A stretch of DNA of 40,679 bases. It comes from Seison nebaliae (taxonomy: Eukaryota). The notes under the pieces are model-generated. The model was not told the origin of the DNA, ran no database searches, and was given only the letters and a program-made list of their open reading frames with translations. The stretch is from the NCBI GenBank assembly GCA_023231475.1, contig JALJEE010000615.1:1-40679 (forward strand), written 5' to 3'. Made by a program: the position numbers and the translations under genes. Shown here in pieces: positions 25,112-36,189 of the stretch (position 1 is its first letter; each line of letters opens with the position of its first letter).

Positions 25112-25215
25112 TTTTATTCTTTAAAATTCAAATAAACTATTCATTAAACAGATCGATGAATATTAACATCAATGAAAATTTCCTATAAATATTTTAAAAG
25201 CAAATTTTAATTTCT

Positions 25216-25825
25216 TCACTGTTTTGTAGATGATGATTCTTCGACAATCGTTTCCATTTCCTGAGAAATTGTTTGAATAGTCGTTTCTGCTGGAATCGAG
25301 TTTGTTGTTATTGTTTTATCGGATGATGATTCGAAATTCGCATTTGTCATCTTTTGATTATTTGAAGATGATATTTCATTAGGATTAATCGGTAACTCCG
25401 ACTCATTAGAAGTTATTTCATTTGTCACAGTTGATGTCTCTCTTGTTGTTGTTGTTAGAACAGCCAAGGTGATTAATTTTGCTTTTTAAAAAAATAGAGA
25501 AAGAAAAATTAAATAATGTCAGGAAATTAATGAAATTGCAAATAAACCTTGAGTGGCAGTATTAGTGGTTGTTGTTGTTGTCGTTGAAACGGTGGTGGTT
25601 ACATCTTTATTATCTGCTTCGTCTGCTATATCTACCATAAAAACCGCTATTGTTACGGCTGCAATAGCTAATGCGAGACATGAAATGAAAGTACTTTAAT
25701 ATGAAAATTTATTAAGAAGGAAAAAACGGAAAAATGACAAACGCTACGGTAATGAATGAGAGCATTCCGGCACCTTGTTTCTTCCTATTTCGTGACATAT
25801 CATAATTCTTTGATTTAGATAACAT
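25216..25825 (-). CDS. Small type II membrane protein with a Thr/Ser-rich mucin-like ectodomain, 3 exons
   Basis: Basic N-terminus (RNRKK), TM (FITVATFISCLALAIAAVTIAVFMV), poly-Thr stalk; introns 25694-25742 and 25482-25547. Confidence 0.7.
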
Positions 25826-25894
25826 ATTTTTCTCTTTTCCATTTTCACTTCCTCATCTTCTCCTTTTATAGATATTTTTTAAACTAAAATAATT

Positions 25895-25902
25895 TGACGT
25901 CA
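25895..25902. promoter_or_regulatory. CRE-like palindrome TGACGTCA upstream of the mucin-like gene
   Basis: Perfect palindrome ~70 nt upstream of the minus-strand ATG at 25825. Confidence 0.5.
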
Positions 25903-26252
25903 TTATTTAGGGCGTATTACGTTTTTGCCCACATTTCGATTATAATAAAGTTCATAGAATAATAAGTCAAATTGAAAGAAGAATTAAAAGAGAAGAATTC
26001 CAAGATTTGTATAGAAGAAAATTTTATTTTACTAAAAATCGTTTTCGAAAATGGAAAATGGAGTTTTTTTTACAATACTGAAACGGAGGAATACTATTAG
26101 AAAAAGAATTATATTATTATTGTCACAAATGAGTAATCGGGTTAGAATAGTTGGTAAGAATAATAATAATTGAAATTTTCTAAGAAAAAAATTTTGTTGG
26201 AATGAATTTGAATTTGTTTTTTCGAAAAGTAAAATTTCTCATTTAAAACTAT

Positions 26253-29200
26253 TTATGATTCCTCTTGAATACTGGTGAAGTTGATACGACTAACTGACAA
26301 GTCCAAAGGTAATTTAGTCACTCGTCGAATCGCAGCCAACATTTGATCATTTAAATCGTTCTTATTCATCAATTGATGATCAATGACTGGAGTTGACATC
26401 TTGATAAAATTCTTCTCAATCGAATTAACTTTTTCATTATTATCCAGATGTAAAACGGCAGAAATCCGCTTGTCCATAACAGAATTATCATCATTGAAAT
26501 GACGTGGGGGAATTGGAGGGGGCGCTACAGCTCCATTAGAATTGGGGGAGTTTTCTCCTTTAATTTTCGGTTGTAAAAATGATGATGCATTGACGTAACT
26601 GATGGAGAGAGAATAATGAAATTTAAAATATGAAGAAAAAAGGGAAACTTTAATCGATTTCCCAAATTTGTTGACGACGAACCATAACTGACTTGTTCTT
26701 GATGTGACGTTCTACGAAGACGTTCTTCTTCTTCTCTTTTACGTTTCTCTTCCAATTCTTCATATTCTTGTTTGAGTTTTTGTTCTTCCAAATATCGTTG
26801 TCTTTCTTCCTCTTCTTTTGCACGTTTTTCTTGCAACTCCTGATATTCTCGTTGTTTTTGTTGTTCTAATAAATGTTTTTCTTGTTTGAGTCGTAGTGCC
26901 TCTTCCTCTTCTTTTAATTTCCGATAATAATCCTGTTTCTCCTCATATAATCGACGTTCTTCTTGTTCTTTTCTCAATAATTCTTCTTCTTTTTCTTTTC
27001 TTTCAAATTCTTCTTGTTGTTTTCTTATAAATTCTTCTTTTTCTTGTTCTTGACGTAAACGATCCTGTTGTTGTTGGTGATGGTGGCCTAAACGATCTTG
27101 TTGTTGTTGATATTCTTCGTCTTTCAACTTTCTATTCCTTTCATTTTGTTGATGATCATAAAATAATTGATTATTCGTAATAGTTGAAGGAGAATTAGTT
27201 CCATTAGAAACGAGTGATGCATCGTTGTAGATGTTTCTAAATGGAAGATTATTCATTAATTTATTTTGAGTTTTCAATTGATTTGATGGTGGTGTATTGA
27301 TATTGGTATTTGGTGTAAGATTTCCACTCTTATCGATATGAGCCAAATTGGGTAAATTCAATCCGCCAATTCCTAATTGTTTGTTATCGATATTGTGATT
27401 GGGTCCCATTGTCATATTGTTCTGATGGAAATTATCTTGATTCATCGTTCGATTTATCAATTGTTGTTGAGATTGTTGTGAAGGAGTGACGGGAGTCAAC
27501 GGCGATACGGGACCAACTTGAGTATTGATGATATTATTGATGGTTGTTGATGGAATGAAGTGATTGTTCGTAGCGAGTGGAGATAGACCACCATCTTGTG
27601 ATAATTTATCCATTAAACTGAATTGTGGTTGAATTTTTGCATTCTGTAATTTCGAATAAGGAAACTCGCCATCAGTCTTATCTAGTTGATTATTTGGGAA
27701 ATTGATGTTATTTTCTTGATTCTGATTCTCATTTGGTGTATCACCCAATTTCTTCCTATTCGATTCTTTCTTCAATTTGAATGGATTAATAATATTGAAG
27801 ATTCCATGATTTTTCTCTTTTTCTTCTTCTTCTTTCAAATGATCCAGATTCGGATCAGCTGATTGATTCCTCTTACGAATATCGGCATAAAGTTCTTTAT
27901 TTTCATCAATTCTCGATTTTCGATTCTTTCCTTCATCATTCTTCACACCATCAACATTCTCATTCAATACATGTGTACTTTTCGAAAAGTTCAATCGTCG
28001 TTCTTCTTCTTCTAGTTCATCAGCTGATAATTGATTATTCATTCCGTACGCTAACGAGTTTGCGAGACTTTTACTCAAATTCTTTTTACTAATTCCTCTC
28101 TAAAAGAAATAAAGAAATTATTTAAAATTTTGAATAAAACGAACCACAAAATTGACTGAAGGACGATCCATTGGCAATTGTTTTATCTCATGTAATGTTC
28201 TTCCTGAATAAGTGAATTTATTAGCAGCCAAACTCGACATCGAATTGTAATTGGCGGAATGTTCTAATTTGACGCTTTTCGTACGGAAAAAGGTATGATG
28301 CTCACAAGCTATCTTCCATAAACGATAGGCTGCTTTCTGATTCTGACATCGAAATCCGATTGTCTGTTCGATTTGCATCTAAAATATTGATTTTTAATGA
28401 AATAATTATAAATTATTATTTCGAATATTTTAAGAACTTCGGTTGCTCGTAAGTGAACGTAGAAGTAGGAACGTTTATACGAAATCTTCAATATCTTCGG
28501 CCAAGAAAATCCATTGATTCTGGTATTATCTCGATAGATTTGTATACCAGATGCTGAAACACCAATTAATAATTGATAGCTATCGGTGTCAGTTGCTCGA
28601 TGTAAATCTACTCCATATAACGGTAATTTTTGTGCATTCTCCAAATATTGAATATCGGCTTGAGAAGGCGATAAACCGGCCAATTTGGAATGGACGTCTT
28701 TAATACTCTTCACTAATTCGAATGATGTTGTTGGAGCAAATTCATAAGCATCTAGATAATTCTCATTTTGATCTTGATAATCTCCAAAAACTGATTGGGC
28801 CGTATAAGCTCCCAATATCGAGTAAGTGGCAAATGTACAACGTAAACGACCAGTTCGAATATCTTGACGGATTTGTTGACATACCAGATATCTGGTCATT
28901 TCGTCACGTAGTTGTGTTGGTTCGGCAGGATAGAATTTCACCTCGAAATAAAAAACTGCTGGTGCCGCTACAGAATTGAAGAAAATATTGTGGAAGAAAT
29001 TGAAGAAATTAAAGAGATTTGTTAATAGGAAAACCTTTCAACATATCTTTCAATTTCCTTTCGGGTTGAATCCATAACTAAAATATTCCATAAATAAATG
29101 TTAATTATTTATTGAAGAAATATTCAAATTAGAATTTAAACTTTCATCTCATTAATATCTCGATATGTCAAACTGAAATAATCTTTTTCCGATTCTGCCA

Positions 29201-30091
29201 ATTGAATATAATCACAAGCAGCGTTGAATAATTGAGCACCAGTCGTTGTTTTCATCTGAATAAGATGGAGAAGTGGAATTTGAGAGAGAGAGAGATGAAA
29301 AATTAAACATCAAAAATTCTGAGGAATTCAGATTGATCCAAAAGAAAGACGACACATTCTAAGTCGTTATTCTTCCTCTTCAAACTTAATGTACTTCCCG
29401 AAGCCAATCGGTGACTACTAAGACCGTGATTCAATGTTAATACTGATGGCATCATATGTGCACGAGATTGATATATACTACCATTCGGATTAACTGGAGG
29501 TAGTTGATTCGCCGTTTCATATTGAGATTGTAATGGTGAATCTGTGTGTTGACGATTCTGTTGATTAATCGTTTGTTGTGGAGAAATTGGCGTTTGAACA
29601 GATTGTTGTTGTTGTTGTTGTTGATATTGCTGTTGTTGTTGTTGATGCTGTTGTTGTTGTTGTTGATTACGATTTAAAGTTGACGATAAATCAGATGGTG
29701 ATGGTTGTTGGAATTCCAAAGATTGTTGATGAATTGGAGTTTGTCTCTGTTTATTTGATTGTAAATATGATTGTGACTGATTCATCTTTTGTCTTTGCTG
29801 CTCTTGAAGTTGTTGTTGTTGAAGTTGTTGCTGTTGTAATTGTTGTGGATTAATCGAATTATTTTGCTGGTTAGCTAATTGATTCTGTTGAATGATAGTC
29901 TGCATGATTGATGATTGATTCTGTTGTCTTTGTAATGAATCATATTGTTGTTGTTGTTGTGCTTGTTGTGATATATTATTAAATTGTTGAATATCAGGAA
30001 GTTGTTGTGATTGTGGTTGTTGTTGTTGTTGTTGAATATGATTATCTTGTTGAAGATGTTTCTTCTGTTGTTGTTTGAAGAACATATTCAT
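26253..30091 (-). CDS. EPB41: Protein 4.1/coracle-like FERM-domain protein, 7 exons
   Basis: Poly-Gln N-terminus; FERM motifs (CVVFLLD, KDYFSL, FEVKFYP, TRYLVCQQIRQDI, LYGVDLH, FSWPKILKISYKR, LWKIACEHHTFFR); FA region (FTYSGRT); E/K/R coiled coil; 4.1-CTD-like end (DQMLAAIRRVT..DLSVSRI). Introns 29256-29308, 29078-29141, 28968-29034, 28379-28437, 28100-28144, 26599-26648. Confidence 0.88.
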
Positions 30092-32477
30092 GATTGGAAT
30101 AATTAATTAATTAGGTAAATCGTTGGATATTACTTTACCAATTCGATCAGATATATTTCATCTATTTAATTAACATAATTATTATTAATAATCGCCTCTC
30201 ATTTATCATCGACATAAATGTAAATTGAATAATGTCATTAATTGAATAAACTTTTCAATCGAATCATTATCAATAAGAGGAAGTAGAATAGAAAGGACTA
30301 TAATACTTTAGTAGGTAGGTAAAAAAGGGGAAATGAAGGAAAGAACTATATTTATTAGGAGGAATCTCCTTTATCATTTGCTTATCTCGTTCGAAGGAAA
30401 TATCACCATAATTTACGACATAACATTAGATAATCATCATTTTAATGTTGTTGTTACGGAAATTAAATGAAATTAAAAGAATGAAAATGTTCGTTTGACG
30501 AAAAATCATTTTCTCCAATATTTCATTCTTATCATTCCATCCAACATATTCACCAGTCTATCCCTCCCAAACACACTTCTCCTCTCAAACATGAATGTCA
30601 TCGATTTTCCCCCCGATATATTATCTCCTCCCGCATCATTTATGTATTAACGAAATCGAACTAAATTAATAATTTATTAATCATTATCATATTCATTCAT
30701 ACACAATCACTTCATCATCTCTCCGCACACATACGACGCAACACAAAGAGAACGGTTGACATTGAATGAAACATGTGTAGATGTTTAGAATTGAATCTAT
30801 GGCAACAGCTTTCCACCAATATAACATAAGGTCATTCTCAATCATTCTCTTCTAACAGAATTACATAAGAGAACATAAGAAAATTTTTAATTCCATTTTC
30901 CATTTCCCTTCCATTTCTCAATATATTTCCAAGAATAATTCTCTTTCATTCGTCATAATAGTACGAATAAGAAAGGTAAAATAATAAAAATTTAAATCGA
31001 TCAACACTAATAAATTTCTTACTCTTCTCTTACTATCCTTCCTGACTACATAAAATTGTTGAGTTACATAATGTAACATCATATTAAGTTTCTTCATTAA
31101 TTTCCCGTTCTCTTCTTTTGTTCGTCATTAGACAATTGTTATCATTTACAACAACAACCATTTCTCTCATGTTGTTCATGTTCGATTTTTTTACACTCCA
31201 TTCTCAGTTTCTCTATTACTATTCGACTAATATCTAATACCAGATACAGGTGATTTTCTTCTTTGGTGAAGGAACAGGTAACGACTGTTACCTTGAAATT
31301 GTTCGTTCGCTCTTCAAAAACTCCTTCCCGCCATATTTCGACAATCACATCACTTCATATTTCTCTTCAAATTATTCATCCTTCAAAACCTGAATAAAAG
31401 TTCAAATGATAAGGAAATTTTTACAAACATCAATTTCTCTTCTCCAATTGAATCTCATGGAAATTACATGAATGATGTAACATCATTTATAATTTGTACA
31501 AACTTACAACGATCAATTATCATTTCCAAATTGTTCTTCAACTAATTTGTAAATCCAGTTCATAAATTCGCGGATTAGTTCAACACTTCTAATCTTATCT
31601 CATATCGAACGCTAGACAATAATTGCTCACAAATCTCAATTCTTTCAAGTTCCTTTCAACAATAAGTCTACCTTATTACCTAGGAAAGGAACGAGAAACT
31701 GTTATCAGAAATAGAATGACAACTTGAAAATAATTAAGTAATAAAAGGAAAAAAGAGAAAGAATAACTGTAAAGAATTACGAGAACGATTGAGTAAGAGT
31801 AATTTATATATTTATTTATCTTCCATTCCAACATTGTTAGTGTCAACTCGCCCTTATTTACTTAAGAGAAGTGAAATTTAATTCGGACAAAATACTAATA
31901 TAAAAAGGATGAACAATATTATGTCTACGTGTATGCATGATATTCTTTCGCATCACTTCCATTAAAATTAACGTAAACTTATTACGAATGTTTTCTCCGA
32001 ATTCATTCCTTTTACTAAAACAACCGCAAAACTATTCCTCTTCCACAATTATCGTTTCTCATAAACTTATCGTAAAGATATGAACAATTTATTTCAAGTA
32101 TTTTCCCAATTTGTTATAATGACTAATATTTTATTTTAAACTACAAATATTTATCCTTATTATATTCCTGTATTATTAGTTTAATTTTTGAAATCAATCA
32201 TTTCTTTCACATTCACAGTTGTCAGTTATTAAATCTAAAACTTTCGTCATTATCTTCTTTTACTCAAATTGGGATTGTGTTTTCAATAAAATAATAATTA
32301 TTATTTTCAAAATCAATTAATTGAAAGCAATTAAATTTTTTAATGAGAATATCAAAAATTAATGCAACCTAAGAAAAATAGTCAAAATCTGTTAAATGTG
32401 TCTAAATTAAATATTGAGAAGATCAAGCGCGGTAAAACTCCGTTTTGAAATTGTTTAATGTCAAAATTAGAGTTAAC

Positions 32478-33052
32478 TACTGTTCGATAAAAACTAGTTT
32501 TTTTAATAAAAGCTTTTTTTTCTTTTAAGTCTAGTAGTTTTTATCCATATATCAACTAATAGTTTAAACTCACAAAGTCGATTGATAAAAACTCAATAAA
32601 AACTTACTGTTGTTAGACTAATTTATAACTTAACTTGAGACTTGAGTTTGAAACTTAACTGAAATTTTCTCCACATTCAACCATATAGAGTAGTAGATAA
32701 AATTAAGGACTATATCATCAATTAAATTACTCCCTTCAAATTCATATTGGGAATATATGAAAACACCTATTAAGATGGGACGTAAGAAGAACGAAAAACT
32801 TTACCTATCGGCTAATTTAACACCTAAGGGGAAAAATGCAACATGTGTATTAAATGGCCCCAATAATAGTATATTTGGAAAGCTAATTAAAGGAAGCACC
32901 TCCGCTCACATTGTAAGACTAAAAAAAATTTGTGAGTTTTTATTTTAAGTTTAAACACAAGTTTTTATTTCGACTAAAAACTTAGTAAAGCCCAGATTTT
33001 TTCGACTAAATATCGACTTTTAAAAAAAAATTTTAATTTTTATCGAGCAGTA
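32478..33052 (+). mobile_element. Non-autonomous hAT-like DNA transposon (575 bp), probably a deletion derivative
   Basis: TIRs TACTGTTCGATAAAAA / TTTTTATCGAGCAGTA (15/16 match); 8-bp TSD GAGTTAAC at 32470-32477 and 33053-33060; subterminal (C)GATAAAAACT-like repeats; internal ORF remnant 32757-32948 resembling a decayed BED finger. Confidence 0.82.
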
Positions 33053-33329
33053 GAGTTAACCATAATAAATATTTGAAATAAAAAGAATGTAAAAAATTTG
33101 AATTATAAGGAAGATTAGAAAATATGAATAATGAGAGAGATGAATAGATGGAAGAGAAAAATGTGAGAAAAAATGATCCGATGGAACATTTCAGACATTA
33201 AGCTTCAATTGTCGACGTAATAACTATTGAATTTCTCTTCTCATCAATTTTATTAAATTATTATTTATCAGTTGGATTCCGTTAAATTTCTTCGTTTTCT
33301 CCGTTCATTTCATTGACATCGAATTGGTC

Positions 33330-34568
33330 ATGGATCAATCGACGAATGGCAATATTCAATTGAAGAAGTCTCCATCCACCGAACAGATCTTGCGAGAAAC
33401 GGTCAAAAAGAAATATAGTTCATTATGTGAACTCTCCACGAAATATGTGAAGATGCAGGAGGAATATTTGCAAGTACAAGAGGAATGTGTTCGAGATTAC
33501 AAGTTGTTGGAGAAGGACATTGATCGACTATCGAATAATTTGAAAGAGAAAAAGAACAAAGGAAAAATGTTAGAGAAATGCAAAAAAGACGATGACTTTC
33601 GAAAAGACACGGATGAATCAAAATTGGAGAATTGTGAGAAATTAGTGACAGATGCTAATGCTTTATTAGGACGACTGGACAGTTTATTGCCAAAACCGAG
33701 TGGGACATATCTTCACATAATTCTGGGAAATATCGACGTGTCAATCATGAACAAGAGTGACAAGTTCAGATATAAAGAGAGTTATGAAAAGTTCAAAGTA
33801 ACTCTCACATTAATTACCATAGCCATTTCTGTAATTTGTCTCATATTTGGAATGAGATTTGTTGACGCTTTATTTCATTTTCTCTTAGTCTGGTATTATT
33901 GTACATTGACGATTCGTGAGAGTATTCTTGCAGTGAACGGTTCCAATATCCATTTTTGGTGGCGTCTACATCATTTCATCGCTACCGTTTGTAGTGGCAT
34001 TCTACTCATTTGGCCTGATGGTGAATCATATCGACAATTCCGAACACCATTTCTCATATTTTCATTCTATGTCAGTTTCGTTCAAGTTCTCCAATATTAT
34101 TATCAGAAAGGAACACTCTATCGTCTACGAGCGTTGGGTGAAGCGGAGACGATGGACATAACAGTCGAAGGAGTTCAAATTTGGATGAGACGAGGACTCT
34201 CTTTCCTTTTTCCTTTCCTCTTTCTTGGATATATTCTACAATTCTATTTATCTTATGTTCTCTTCAAAATCTCGTTGAATAATGAATGTTATGAATGGCA
34301 TGTTCCCGTTCTCTCCATCATCTTCCTCGTCTTATGTATAGGCAATATCATAACAAGTATTTGGACATTTTATGATAAAATCAAAATCGATTTAAAACGT
34401 GTGAGAGATATGAGTTTGAAATATCAACCGTTATCTGGAATAAAAGAATTTCTGGTAAATCGTGAAAAATCAATTCCCTCAAACTTGTTCAATTATTTCA
34501 GTCATTTCGATCTACGGGAAACGAACGAAGATGAAGAAACTGATGAGAATGAAGGACATTTCCAATAA
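33330..34568 (+). CDS. TMEM120: TMEM120 (TMPIT/TACAN) family protein, intronless
   Basis: N-terminal coiled coil; [76 protein letters not shown]. Confidence 0.95.
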   Translation: [412 protein letters not shown]

Positions 34569-34984
34569 TTTACCGTTCCCCTCTCCTCTTGTATCTACGA
34601 ATCAATCTCTTTCATTATTTCTATGGAAATTATTTATTATTCTATTCCTGATTCCTAATACCAATCATACCATTATCAAATAAATGACATTTTCTCTGGA
34701 AATAAAAATAGATCAGTCAAAACCGATTTTCAAAAAATTTTCGAAAAACTTTTTCCTTTCAAAAACTTCTTTCAAAAAAAAAATTTTCCATTCAAAAAAA
34801 AAATTTTCTGAATATTAAAAATTTTGAATGAATATTATTGTTGAAATAAATTTTCTAACATTTTTTGAAAAGATTATTTTTTTTTTGAAAATTTATAACG
34901 AAAAATTTTTTTATAAGAACTTTTATTTTGAGAAAAATTGATAAAAGAATAAAATTTTCTTTAGCAATTTTTCTAGTGAAACGT

Positions 34985-35851
34985 TTAAAAGACTCGTCGA
35001 CTTGGACCCATAGTACTCTTCAAGTACAATGCTTTCACATTCTGCCAATTCTTTTTCAACAATGAAACGAGGAAATTGATACCGAGAACAACATTTTGGT
35101 ATAGTTGTTCGTCTGTCATTGCCACATTGCCGATAGCGACGTTCAAGCATAAAACTTTCTTCATTTGGAATTTGACCGTTGATTTTACTTCCTCCACTTT
35201 CTTCAACAAATCTTCGTTGTGACTGACTGATGTGGGGAATTTTCCAGCTTTGTTCAAACCCGGACCAAGTACTCGAGGAATATTTTTGATAATACTATCA
35301 GTTGCAATGAATGCATCAAATCTTCGAGCTAATTTTATAGAAAATTAAGATGAGAAATTTAGAAGAAAAACAAACCCAGTTTTTTCACGAGCTTTTTGTC
35401 TTTCTTCAATGCAGCCAAATTGTCCATAGTCAAGAACTCGATGTCATTCTTCTTCGCCAAATCACAATGACGTTCATCTCCGATGAGACAAACTTTCATT
35501 TGTGGTCGAGGAATGTACTTCAATCTGAAATTGACAAGAATTGAATAAAATTATTTTTACATTTCCTCTCCCCAAATTATTTAATGACTGATGGGTTTAA
35601 GTCTCAAATGAAAAATTGCATTGTCTATTGCACACTCACCTGGTGGTACCAGAGAAACGTTTGTCACGATTCTGGTCATAATTCTTCAACGAGATTTGTA
35701 GTTCCACTGTTTCCAAGAACTTCCTCTTCTTCTCTGTTGATAATTCAAGAACTTCCTTGATCGATTGGCGGAGATTGTCTTTATTGACCTTACTAAAAAT
35801 TGAGAAGAAAAAAATAATTTTTCAGAACATTCCCAAAGATACAAACCTCAT
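34985..35851 (-). CDS. RPL10A: 60S ribosomal protein L10a (uL1), 4 exons
   Basis: MSKV...[19 protein letters not shown]...DKRFSGT...LNKAGKFP...[10 protein letters not shown]...[10 protein letters not shown]...KSTMGP; introns 35793-35846, 35525-35639, 35329-35375. Confidence 0.97.
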
Positions 35852-36189
35852 TTTTGTATCTTAACACAAATTTGTTATAATCGAAAGTTTGATATTAATA
35901 CTTCTGAAGTAACTGTTATTGTTATTTCGAAATTTCAAAATTAAATTTATTTTTCTTAAGTAAAATTATATTTTATATTTTTTTCATATTCAAATTTTAT
36001 TTTGAAGCTTTTTATCTCTTATCCAATGTCACACAAAGAAAAATTTGAGAAATGTTAATATTTAACATTACACAACATATATTAATATTAAAAGTAAATT
36101 AAAAATTTACAAATTTTATTTTTTGGAAAATTTCAATAATTATTTTAATAAATAAACGACACGAAAATGAAGTGAGGTGAGGTTGAATA

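Noticed and set aside
29578..29853. Val-rich plus-strand ORF (also 8454-8822 on the minus strand)
   Set aside because: Antisense of poly-Gln/Asn codons
31142..31390. 68-aa minus-strand ORF with an AGGTAAC-GACT-GTTACCT hairpin (31276-31293) as an ncRNA or extra 4.1 exon
   Set aside because: Non-ATG start, no homology recognised, and a 7-bp stem alone is insufficient; it may be a 5'UTR exon but this cannot be supported
34700..34980. A/T-tract inverted repeats as a terminator or MITE (similar tracts in SMAD4 intron 7916-8101)
   Set aside because: Low-complexity A and T runs typical of UTRs and introns here, with no defined ends
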